Shown piece by piece: positions 41,136-52,176 of a DNA stretch of 64,000 nucleotides (position 1 is the stretch's first letter; each line of letters begins with the position of its first letter). The notes below the pieces were generated by a model. The model was not told the DNA's origin and made no database searches. It was given only the letters and a program-made list of their open reading frames with translations. The translations under genes were made by a program, and so were the position numbers. The DNA is from Podarcis tiliguerta (taxonomy: Eukaryota): the NCBI GenBank assembly GCA_965153285.1, contig OZ229111.1, one strand, 5' to 3'.

Positions 41136-41274
41136 GCCCTGTTGCTCAGTCAATAGAACCTGAGGCTCTTAATCTCAGGGTCCTGGGTGCAAGTTCCGCG
41201 GGGAGCAAAATATTACTGCAGGCGTTGGAGTAGATGACCCTCTGGGTCCAACTCTACAGTTCTGTGATTCTATG
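41136..41274 (+). mobile_element. tRNA-Lys-derived SINE with CR1-type 3' tail
   Basis: Degenerate tRNA-Lys(CTT) head (CTCTTAATCTCAGGGTC) followed by TAGATGACCC...TCCAACTCTACAGTTCTGTGATTCTATG. Confidence 0.75.
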
Positions 41275-41819
41275 GCACGTACTTGAAGACCAGCGGGAGC
41301 TGAACTGCTCCAAATACGGAAAGAGCATTTTTTTCCCTGTCTGCGCTTGGGTTTCCTTTGTGCTTCTTTAGAATTTGTGTACAGTACTTGTTGCATTTAT
41401 ATGCCGCCTTTTCTCCCGTCTCTCTCCCCCACCCCCCGCCTGCACTGTTCTGGGGGTTCTCCCCACACTCCGGAGCAGGATGCATTGCACTGCAGGGCAT
41501 TGCACTAGTGGGAGCTGTCGCACTGACTTCTGCTAGGTCCGACCTGTTATATCAAATAGGAAACCAGGAAGCGCAGATAGGGAACCAATGGAACCAGCTA
41601 CAACCTCATGAAAGGTCGCTGGGAATCACAGTTTGCTAGGTTTTTTATAAGGTTGTCTATTTCTTGGTATTGTGGAGTACCCATGATAGAATGTTTGCTG
41701 GGACATCCAGAGTACAGGTCTGGGAGTCGAAAGAGCTGGGCTTATATTCCTTATCGGAGTTGCTGTGGATCTGTTTCCCATCTAAAATGTGAACTGCAGA
41801 CTTTTAAGGGTCTGGTGCG

Positions 41820-42062
41820 AACATAAGAAGAGCCTTCTGGCCCATCTAATCCAACATCCTGTTCTCACAGTGGCCACCCAAACACCTGTTGGAAACTCAC
41901 AAGGAGGACAAGGACACAGCAGCTGGTATTCAGAAGCATTTTGTCTCCAGCAGTGGAGGCACAGCTAGTAGCCTCTGACAGCATCCTCCATGAATCTGTC
42001 TAACATTTTGTCCATCACTGCCTCCTGTTTCATAGTTTAACTATGCGCTGCATGAAGAAGTA
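41820..42062 (-). mobile_element. CR1-like 3' fragment
   Basis: acataagaagagcc...ccaacatcctgttctcacagtggcc; reverse complement resembles 62100-62160. Confidence 0.55.
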
Positions 42063-44088
42063 CCCTGGAAAGCATGTTATGAGATAACAGCTACCAAAGT
42101 AAAGAGCAAAGCAAGCCTTTATTGCATTCTCTTATACGGTGATCAAGTTTAAGAAGAAAACTGCGTGTATATTTATATATGTGCACACACGCCTCCATCC
42201 TAAGACAGACACATCTTTCATTTTAAATATATGCCTTCTACTTCAGGGGTGGGGAACCTCGGACCCTCCAGATGATGGATTCCAACTCCCATCACCATCA
42301 GCTGGCATTACTAAGAATCAAGGATGATAGGACATGTAGTCTAGAAATGTGTGGAGAAGGACCATGGGTTCCCCACACCTTACCTACTTGATTCTTACCT
42401 ACATAAAAATACATATACAGATTGTATCAGAAGGAAATGTCGAATCCTTACAGACTCCTAGAATTTTTCTGTGGAAGGTGCAATGCTGGCGGGGGGGGGG
42501 GGGCATGATGCGTCAATTAGTTTTACGTACTGGTTTGACTTTCCTGCCATGGTCTGTCATCTCTAATTCAGATAACATCACCTGCGTGACTTTAGCTACA
42601 GTTAAGGATGTTTTGCCTTCAGCTAGAACATTCTGATAATAATGGTTTCTTCCAAGAAAATGCAAACCATAACAGGCCATTTCATTTCTATGGGAGTACA
42701 GTACTTTTTGTCTTCTGAGTTCTACTATGTTGCTCCTTTCTGTTTTTTGCATTCTTCCTTGTTTGTGTTTAAAATAAGGGACATTGTCCTGAATTGTTTT
42801 TGGAACTGGGGACACCACAGAGCTGTCTCATTTAACTAGAGACTACTAAGGTTACTTTGTGAGCTTGTTCTCCCAGCTTATCCACACTTCCTCTCATCCT
42901 GCTGCTAAAGAGCAGATTTCCAATTGGAAAGGAGCGGGGCAAGGGGGGAACTGCTTGGACCCATGCCTTGAAAGTGTGGGTCATGCAGAAATCTGCAGGA
43001 AACTACTTGGACCCATGCTTTCTAGGCATGACATAAGTGAAAGTGTGGACTAGCCCTTCGTCAATCTGCTTACCAGTTAAGAAGACGGCAATCCTATATC
43101 CACTTACTTTAGGAAGCCCCATTAACCATAATAGAACTTCTGGATAAGCATGTATAGGATTGTGCTGTAAATCATTGTTTCTGACTGCAGGGCTACAAGG
43201 CCTCTCCTTTTTTATATAGGTTATGGTGATTTTTCATTCTTGCTGTAAGAAACACCTCTTTTCTTATGTCACTGCCTCATTGACACATTTTTCATATATC
43301 CTTAAAGTGTCACCCCTCTAAGACAGGCAGGAAAGGGAGATGTAGGAGGACTTATCCTCTTTGTTTTGGCAGAAGGGCTTGTTGAACCCACACTTGTTTC
43401 ATTAACATATGAACGGCTTGGAAATAGAATCATAGAATTATACGGTTGGAAGGGACCCCAAGGGTCATCTAGTCCAACCTCCCGCAATGCAGGAATTCTG
43501 CCCACAGCCGTCCCAACCTTCTGGTTAACAGCCAGGCACACTGATGGCCCATTGTGCCATCAGATGACTAATATTCTCCTTTGGTTTCAGAAAGTGGATC
43601 ACTTCACTACCTACAACTCCTTACACTCTTAAACTGAAACTGTAGAGTCCTGCAATTCTTTTTTTACAAACAAACATTGAAAAGATCATTTGGAGAAAAT
43701 GTTACAGTTTTCTACATTAATTTGTATGTGCTCATGTGTTTACTTTCAGCATAGCTCAGGGAAATCATGCCAACTCAAATCTGCTTCTCTGTTAATATCC
43801 CAGGGCTAGAACAGATGCAATAAATGCTACAGCAATCCTATGCATATTTACTCAAAAGTATGTCCCTATTGGACTTATCCCCAGGTCAGTGTATTATTTG
43901 TTGTTGTTGTTTTAAGCAGAAATACAGAAGAGGCTTTGGTTTCTATTGAAGTTTTCCAATTATTGGTGCCAATTCCTTGATCCCTTCCCCCACCCCCAAA
44001 CACAGACACACACACACAGAGAGAGAGAGAGAGAGCTGTTATTAACCCCAGGGAGGAAAGTTCACAGGCAACACAGGTACCTGTTGTT

Positions 44089-44094
44089 TTTATT
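44089..44094 (-). terminator. Candidate polyadenylation signal of the LRRC8D-like gene
   Basis: Minus-strand AATAAA about 630 nt after the stop. Confidence 0.3.
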
Positions 44095-44459
44095 GCAGAG
44101 CAGCTAATAAAAACTACTGCATTAAAACAGAAACGAAAGTTAAAGGATCCAGTTGTGAATCTGCCTTATCTTCAGCCCTCAGTTAATCAGAATATCAGAG
44201 GCTCCTTAAATTGGATCAGACTATTGCTCTGTCTAGGTCAGTATTACTGACCGGCTGCAGTTCTCCATGGTTTCAGACAGGAGCCTTTCCTAGCCCTAAG
44301 TGGAGATGCCAACGATTGAACCTAGCATCTTTTGCATACAAAGCCCATGCTTAACTATTGAGCTGTACCCCTTCTTCTATATTCATATCCATATGAAATC
44401 CATATTCATAATCCCAGCCCAACAAGGACAGGTCTGAACAGTGCATCTTTCATCTTGCC

Positions 44460-44726
44460 AAAGTTGCTAGAGAGATACTGATGGAGACCCCTGAGAGAGA
44501 CAGCCCCAGGTTGTAATGTCAGGAAATGTGATGTGGAATACTGTGGGCTTTCCTAGGTCAGTGGGTCCCATCTTGACCAATGAGGATTGAGAAAGGTTAG
44601 TATACCTATTTTTCTGGCTGCTTTAGTCTGGGACTGTTTGCAAGCTTTGGGACTTCCATTTCACAGAAGAGGGCCCTAGGTAGCCTGGCAGCTTGTGAAG
44701 CCTTAGTTCTCTGATGCCCTTGAGTA
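44460..44726 (-). pseudogene. Decayed remnant of the first LRRs of the LRRC8D-like gene
   Basis: Collinear peptides in shifting frames: IDTQGH, ELRLHKLPG (44683-44709), LPRALFCEMEVPKL, EKIGILTFL, VFHITFPDITTW, SLRGLHQYLSSNF (about 44460-44498). They match LRRC8[27 protein letters not shown] and [12 protein letters not shown] in this window. Confidence 0.75.
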
Positions 44727-45890
44727 TCAATGCACATGCAGCTGCAGCCCTTCAATACTTGCCTTGTGTTCAAGGCCCACATCCAGCAAAGAGCTCTTGC
44801 TCATGGCTGAGAGGAAGATGGCAAACCGCCAGGAGTATAGTTGGTCGCACTGATCAGCCATGTGCAGGAGGAAAGCAAAGTCGTTGTAGACATCTGGGAT
44901 GCCAAGAAAGTGACTGTCCTCTCGCATTTGCTTAAAGGAATACTTCTGCAGCGGCTGCCGCAGCAGCCACATCAGTGGGTAAGCCCCCACCACCCCATAG
45001 AGGAATACCAAGAACAGGTAGGTCACCATCAACTTCTGCAGAATGAAAGCCAAGCTGTGGTTACAGAGGAAAACAGAGTAGCCGGTGAGGTTCTCTGTGT
45101 CCAGCCAGCAAACATGTTCAAAGGAGATGGCTCCTATGCAGTTGGAGGTGTAGCCCAGCACAGTTAGGATCTTGGCAACTTTGAAGATTGTTTGTCCCAT
45201 GTAGACCATATAAATCAAGCTGGCACCTTCAGCATGTGCCCTGAATCTGCAGATCTTCTCAAAGAGTGCCCGGCCCTGCTCCCTCTCCTTCCAGTCAAGG
45301 ATAGGAGAGGATGAAGGGGAAATAAATTGTTCCTGACACCCTCTAGTATCCGTGGTTTTGGGTAGGTCTACGGAATTCTGGTAGCCCATTTCAGAGACGG
45401 CCTTGATGGTCCAAGGGGACTCGAAGCATTTCATGAGGATGGATAAGAAGTGTTCGATCTTTGAGGACGTCTTAGGGTACCTGAACCAGAAGTTGCTGCT
45501 TGCCATTAAAACCAGTGAGTTGACAAGTGCTAGGTAAGGAAAATACTTGGAGAACCAAGGCAAAGCATTCTGATAGCAGACATGGTTTATGTACAGGTAC
45601 TGCTGGTAGTCAAGGTTGATTGGGCGTCCACTGTTCTCAGCAGAAAACTCTTCATTGGTGGCACTGTCCATAGCTCCAGGCTTGAGCATAGCTGCTGTGG
45701 TCTCATTTAGCTTGTAATTCAGTGGCAAGCAGGTCATATGGTCAACAGAAATCAGCAGAGTACCTGAGAGGAGAGAGACCATAAGCATTGCTACTACCAA
45801 GTAGTCCATCAGGACATCCCACCAAGGCTTTAGAGTCTGGAACCGAGCGTGGGCATCACCGAGGAAGGTCACTTCTGTCAGGTTAAACAT
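44727..45890 (-). CDS. LRRC8D-like paralogue, pore domain only (387 aa, no LRR domain); functional gene or young pseudogene
   Basis: Open ORF MFNLTEV...[12 protein letters not shown]...NLDYQQY...WFSKYFPYL...[15 protein letters not shown]...DFAFLLH...LQLHVH*. Acceptor ctcctag|TG-ATG at 45893/45892. The N-terminus and single coding exon resemble LRRC8D/B rather than A/C/E. Confidence 0.8.
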   Translation of the reverse strand: MFNLTEVTFLGDAHARFQTLKPWWDVLMDYLVVAMLMVSLLSGTLLISVDHMTCLPLNYKLNETTAAMLKPGAMDSATNEEFSAENSGRPINLDYQQYLYINHVCYQNALPWFSKYFPYLALVNSLVLMASSNFWFRYPKTSSKIEHFLSILMKCFESPWTIKAVSEMGYQNSVDLPKTTDTRGCQEQFISPSSSPILDWKEREQGRALFEKICRFRAHAEGASLIYMVYMGQTIFKVAKILTVLGYTSNCIGAISFEHVCWLDTENLTGYSVFLCNHSLAFILQKLMVTYLFLVFLYGVVGAYPLMWLLRQPLQKYSFKQMREDSHFLGIPDVYNDFAFLLHMADQCDQLYSWRFAIFLSAMSKSSLLDVGLEHKASIEGLQLHVH

Positions 45891-45977
45891 CACTAGGAGC
45901 AAATGGTAAGTGGGAATTGAGTAACATCCTTGGCTATTGCACTGAAACAAAGTCTGCTTGTTTAGCACGTTTAGCTA

Positions 45978-45980
<3 letters not shown>

Positions 45981-46036
<56 letters not shown>
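45981..46036. repeat. (TA)n(CA)n compound microsatellite
   Basis: Seen directly. Confidence 0.95.
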
Positions 46037-46503
46037 CCCCCTAAACTGTGAGCAATACAAAGTTACACGGAACAATATAAAAAGTTAAACATTAAAACTG
46101 TTCAGCTATAAATGACTAAAATACAGAACTGGTCACACTTCAAGGAAGGCTTGGTTAAACAGAAATGTGTTTGAAATTACAAAACCGAAGGCGCTTGCAT
46201 AATGCACATTGGGAGGGAGTTCCATCATTTTGATGCTGCCACACTGAATGCTCCTCTCCTGGTAGTTGTACAGCGGGCATTGTGTGGCACTATTGACAGC
46301 GCCGTCATTGATGAACAAAGTGGTCAGGCATAACCCAAACTTAGAGACAGTACAGTTATAGCGAGGCTTTCCATACTAGGAAAGGCTTGCCTTGACCTGT
46401 TGAGTTTCTGCCTGCCATACAGCTTCCAAAGACACAAGAACCTCCTGTTTCCTGAGCGTCAACCATAAACCAAAGTCTAGGCTGCCATCCTGCACCCACT
46501 TAC

Positions 46504-46559
46504 CTGCGAATAAGCCCTGGTAAACACCAAGAGACCTTAGGGAAGATGTATCCTGGCTG
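46504..46559 (-). other. Candidate 5' UTR exon of the LRRC8D-like gene
   Basis: Strong acceptor tttgcccttcttttccccgtag| and consensus donor GCAG|gtaagt; 56 nt. Confidence 0.55.
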
Positions 46560-47215
46560 CTACGGGGAAAAGAAGGGCAAACTAAAGAGAATCCAAAGAC
46601 TATAAATAGGACAGACAGAAACAGGAAAAGTGTGCTAAAGGACAGGGGGATTCCTAATGCCTGGTGTCTAAACAACACATTTATCAATCACAGCTTCATT
46701 CGTTGGTTAAAAGCATTGACAGGCAGCAGCCCCCATCTTGCAGAAATCACTTAGAAGGGTACCTGTATGTTTTGTTTCATAACTTTCCTGGAAGGCTAGA
46801 GCCTTACTTAAAATAAAAAATAAAAGCTCATAATCTGTCCTCCCCCGCCCAGGGGCACCAATGTGGGCAGCAGGGCATCTGTGGATGCTGAGTTGGAACT
46901 GCCATTCCAAATGTGAAAAAATAATAATCTAGGGCAGGGAGGGACTTGTAGCCCTCCAGTTGTCACTGGTCTTAGGCTGGATCTAGACACATGAAAAAAG
47001 TGTTTCAGGAAAACGCGTTGTAAACAACATAGTGGGAAAGCATGTTGGTGAACGACGGAATTCCACAGTGCTATCTGGTGTCACAGTGTTATAACGCATA
47101 TAAAACACTTTTTCCTTACTAATGTAGCTGAGTCCTCAAGCTCCTATCAACCTGAGGAGTCTGCAACAACATCTGGAGAGCCACAGGTTTCCCACCCCTG
47201 ACCTATGGACTCTTA

Positions 47216-47520
47216 CCGTATTTTTCGCTCCATAAGATGCACCTGACCATAAGATGCACCTAGTTTTTAGAGGGGGAAAGCAAGAAAAAAATATTCTGCG
47301 CAGAGCATGTAAGCGGCTTTCGCTTTTCTTGCTTAAAACCCTTCCATCCCTTCTCCCGCTTCACTGTGTGTGGCTCTTGGGGGCTTTTCCGCAAGGTGGG
47401 AGAAGGGACTTGAGGGGCTGCCCTTCTCCATCCTCGGGGAAAAGCCCCCAAGAGCTGCACACACGCTCCACGTGACTCTTTAAAGGGAGCGCTGAGCAGA
47501 GCCGGTATGCATCCCAGGTA
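47216..47520. mobile_element. Related Tc2/pogo-like element with one end only
   Basis: ta-CCGTATTTTTCGCTCCATAAGATGCACC start, then a different internal sequence; right boundary uncertain. Confidence 0.6.
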
Positions 47521-47658
47521 ATTTTTTAAAAACAACCCTGCGTTTTTATTGTGGCTTCCTTGTTATTGTTTTTAACATTGCATTTTAGTTTGTTTTTGTT
47601 ATTATTTTATCCTGCATGCTGTCTTGATTATGCTTTTGGCGCAGAAGAGCAGGATATA

Positions 47659-47917
47659 CCGTATTTTTTGCTCTATAAGATGCACCAGACCATAAGACGC
47701 ACCTAGTTTTTGGAGGAGGAAAACAAGAAAAAAAATATTCTCAATCCCAGAAGCCAGAACAGCAAGAAGGATTGCTGCGCAGCGAAAGCAGCAATCCCTC
47801 TTGCTGTTCTGGCTTCTGGGATAGCTGCGCAGCCTGCATTCGCTCCATAAGACGCACACACATTTCCCCTTACTTTTTAGGAGGGGAAAAGTGAGTCTTA
47901 TAGAGCAAAAAATACGG
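47659..47917. mobile_element. Tc2/pogo-like MITE, copy 3
   Basis: Same TIRs and TA TSD; 259 bp. Confidence 0.88.
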
Positions 47918-48094
47918 TAAATACCTAATTAAATAATAAGAATAATTGCAATGAGATGGAGTGGCTTGAAAAATATTCAATATGTGTTTTTTAAAAAAAT
48001 TCTAAGAATATAATTCATATAGCCATCTGCCGAGATGCTCACCAAGCAAGACCTATCTCCAAGTCATGAATAGCAACAACACTTCCTTACTCAC

Positions 48095-48234
48095 AGTTTC
48101 TCCTTAGATCCTGTAACCAGACTTTGCTTTGTGGAAAGTGGAAAGATGGAAAAATGCCTTAAGGCTGTACAGAGGGTGGTTTACTGTGTGGCGTTTAGGC
48201 AACTTTCCATTTCCCCATCTTTGTCTTCCACATC
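48095..48234 (-). other. Candidate 5' UTR exon of the LRRC8D-like gene
   Basis: Acceptor tttcccccttgcctgatccactgtag| and donor |gtgagtaag; 140 nt. Confidence 0.4.
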
Positions 48235-49150
48235 CTACAGTGGATCAGGCAAGGGGGAAATGGCCTAGGCTTAATGATATCTTACTCTGAGTAGATGGAA
48301 GAATTACTGTTACTTGAAGTTGAAAAGCAGAGATACCAATAAGTGATTTGCACATTTGTGCTACAAGTTGTTTATGAGAGGATCTAATCCTGGTGTCTCT
48401 GATAGCAGCTGTTGCTTTAGTTCCCAATTCCTTTTGGCTGTTGCTGCTGACAATGTTGTTGTTTGTCCACAATACGCGGGGCTCCTCCAGACAACCTGTT
48501 TATTCAACATTCATCCTGATATGCTTGCACAAAGCTTACACAATAGTTGGACAATGTCTGATCTTCATTGAGCGCTTGTTCTGATTTGTTTATGGGGTAG
48601 TTATACAACAACGAGTATTTATCTTACATTCACCCTTATGTGCGTGCAGGGTCTTTATGTGTCATTGAACCGCCCTTAGACCTGCAAGTATAGGGCGTTA
48701 TACAGATTTAATAAATAATAATAATTCATCATCCCACACTTTTGAATGCATTTCCCCATCACTTTGCAAACTGTGAAAAGTCCAATGTTGTTTATTTAAA
48801 GTGGATTTGTGATGCTAGGATGACAGAGGGTTGCAATCCACTTTAACTGTGCAAACCTAAAGTTCCAGTATGTGTTTGTATTCCTCCCACAAAATAGCAA
48901 CAGTTTGGGGGCACCTTAAAACATCCACCAACAAAACACACGCACTCCCAGACACTCAGCCTTGAAACAGAACCACTTCACTGTTGCCAGATCTGCAGCA
49001 GGCTGTCCTTAAATATCATTTAGAAGGGTGGTTTTAGCATGCACAGACACACGCATTTTTTTGGCTGTGGTTATAACACTGGTCGTGGGTTACATGCCAA
49101 GCTTCTCTCCCTCTCTGACTTCCTTATCCCATTTGGCATCAATTCCTCAC

Positions 49151-49400
49151 CTGCAGGCGGTTCTAGACCTCTTCATGCACAACCTCTGCTCTTTTCTCTC
49201 CCGCCGGCAAGGATCTTCCTCTCCCAGACCCTCTCCTTTGCTTGTGCATTAAGCCTGCACACCACACTGTACTCAGTGCAAGAGGCTTTATTCCGTTTCC
49301 ATGGCAGCTCCAGGCAGGACGAAAGGACTGGAGGAAGGAGGAGGGAAGCAAAACTCGTTGCTCGGAATTCATTTGCTTGCAAAGGGATTGCTACCAGCTG
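49151..49400 (-). other. Candidate first exon/promoter of the LRRC8D-like gene (5' boundary uncertain)
   Basis: Donor CTGCAG|gtgagg at 49151/49150; locally raised CpG content upstream. Confidence 0.3.
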
Positions 49401-49465
49401 TGACAAACTCCCTCACTCACACTTCTTATTCTGTCTTCTGTAACTCACTGTGAAAAATGTGAGAG

Positions 49466-49505
49466 GGAAGGAAGGAAGGAAGGAAGGAAGGAAGGAAAGA
49501 AGGAA
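49466..49505. repeat. (GGAA)n microsatellite
   Basis: Seen directly. Confidence 0.9.
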
Positions 49506-52176
49506 GGGGCTAAGCTACGACCACTAAACTACTAGAGAACTCCTCACCCACAAAACATAGTTCCCTGCCTTCATTTTCTCTTCATAACAACCCTGTGAGG
49601 TAGGGAAGGCTGATAATAACAGCCATAAGGTCATCAGGGTTGGGTGGAGTGGCTTGAGCAAGAAATCTGTTCCTGCATTACACAACTGTGAAATAGAGGC
49701 TAAAAGGTTTTCAGAATGAATCAAGGACTAATTGAAACTTTGAAGAATGTGACGCACGTGGAAACTCTAGCCACAAAGGAGAAAGGGAAGGGCACACAAG
49801 TTGATACAGGTCAGTCTGAAGATCCACATATCCCTGGTGTAATACTAACATGATAGCCATCACAGCATACTGGCTCTTGTAGGCTGCAAGCTCCCTGGAG
49901 GCACCCACTGTGTGTGCACAAACCAGGACTCCCAGCAGACTGGTGTCTTAATCTCTGCAGCACCAGGACTCTGCTTTAACTGCACGTTTGGCAGGCTGAA
50001 CTCTGCTTCAACTACATGTAATACTGGTCTACCTGAGCATTCAGTCATGTGACCCTCAAAGGCCAATCCCTGTCCACTAGGCCCAATAAAGCCTTAGCCC
50101 CAGTCTGAGGGACTCTGCTCTGTTGTGATGCCTGCACCCTAAGCTACTGTCCCTGTTTTGGACCACCCACTTGTTCTTTCTTAGCTCCCTCAGCTTCTCT
50201 AGGTCCCATAACAAGCATTGTTAACCTGACTGAGTCATGTCTTTTGCATGTATCAGCTGGTAGGTCCCGCCCTTTCTGATGTGTGGTCAGAGTTGGCACA
50301 GATGCAATATATTTTGATCAAGGTTTTATGTACTGTATTCCTTGATTCAGTTTTGCAAAATCTCTCCTTAAAGTTGCATTATTTTTCACTTGTGCAATAC
50401 AGGAACATAATCACCCACTCTATCCACATACAGTCTTGTAAGACCTGACTCAGCCGAACAATGTGGCTGGTTGTGATCCCAGAAATCTGTATGCTGTGAA
50501 GACTGGTAAGGAGGCTTAGTTCCATATTAGGAATAGAAAGTGGCCACCTATTTATTTATTCCCTTTAAAGATGTATAACCTTCCCTTCCAAAAGGAAGTC
50601 TGCAGCTAATTGATCACATAGGAGAGCAAATCGCAGTGGTGCATAGGCTGAGTCTTCAGTGGGGTTTGAAGAATCGGCTATTTGCCTTATACCTGAAAAG
50701 CCTTGTCTAGTAGAGTTTGAACACCCACCACAAATAAAAGTGCATTTTATGATTGCTCTTTGAGGTGCTTGAATAATTTTAACCACTAGGTGGCATTAGG
50801 CTCCAACACACAGCCAATGAACCTAGTGACATAGCACATAAATGTTTAAGCTGCAACAATCTTCTGTGGTTTCATACACAGGACCCCTATGTAATCCAAA
50901 CAAGTATTTGGGGACCTATTCATTCATTCATTCCATACATTTGTATGGTGGTAGTGCTGCTGTTGTGACCCACCTTAGATCAGGCAACCTGGTAGTGAGT
51001 TCCCAATCCACCAGTTGAAGGCCTCTGATCGAAGAGAGAATATAAATCTGTCGGGTATCCAATACTGGCATAAGTAGCTACTGGAGCAAATGATCCAGCC
51101 CGACATATAATCCATCATGTCTGGACCCTTTCAGTCATTGCCCATATCGAAGGCAGTGGATGTACATAGTGACAATCCCAACTATTTCTGACAGACTCCT
51201 CTGTGGTGCAGTGCAGTGTTTTCCCAAACTCCTTGCCTGAAACCTAAGGTGGTGTATTGCTTAGATGATAATTTATTACATTTGTATACTGTGCCCACAT
51301 ATCTCAGGGCAGTTCACAACCTAAAAATACAATATAAAAGCACAAAATACATGATAAAAACAAGAACTAAAAACCCCACAAACCAATAACCCCGCTCATC
51401 CCCTCCCACACACAATTTTTAAAGGGGTGTAAGATGTCAATCAGCCCAAGGTCTGGTTGAAGAGGAACATTTTTGCTTGGCATCTAAAGGTGTATAATGA
51501 AGGCACCAATTGAACCTCCCAGGGGAACTTCAGACCTGGGCAGGGAGGGAGAGATGCAGGCCCTTCATACCTCTCCCTAGGCCATGCCTCCTCCTCAGGC
51601 CACACCCTTCATTGGCCCTCAGGTGTCTGGTTGGAATGTGCCCTTGAACTGTGCTTCTCGCTTGCCTGGCTTACTTCCAGGTGCTGGGGTTAGGATTGCA
51701 GCCTCTTGGTCTCTGCTCAAATGCATAGGTCATCTTCCAAGGCCCATCTCTAAGTGTTTCAACCTATTTAGGTTAGACTGGTGGCGATCAGAGAAAGGTA
51801 CTTTTCAGTGGTGGCACCGCATTTATGGAATGTCCTCTCCAGGAAGCCCAGCTAGCACTTTATATCCTTTTAGTACCAAGTACATGGGAACATAGGATTC
51901 TACCTTGTACCAGGTAGGGCTCTTTGTCCATCTAGCCCAGTAATGTTTACTCTGAGCAGCGGCTCAAGTAGGTGAATCTTTCCTATCACCTGTTATCCTT
52001 CATCTGGAGACTGAGGTGGCCTTTTGCATGTGCTTTACCACTAAGTTATGCCTCCTACCCAATTAACTGAAGATCTCTTACATTGACTCTGGCCTTTTAC
52101 AATGTTTTACATCTGTTTTAATTCTGCTGGCGTTTCTTCTACCCCCCCCCCCCATGTTATTTAAGTCTTTTAAGTT

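Noticed and set aside
41136-41210. tRNA-Lys gene
   Set aside because: D- and T-arm consensus is broken and it is followed by a CR1 tail, so it is a SINE.
45891-45968. N-terminal extension MLNKQ...LLLV of the 413-aa ORF
   Set aside because: It starts at a non-ATG codon and lies upstream of a clear splice acceptor; family homology begins at MFNL.
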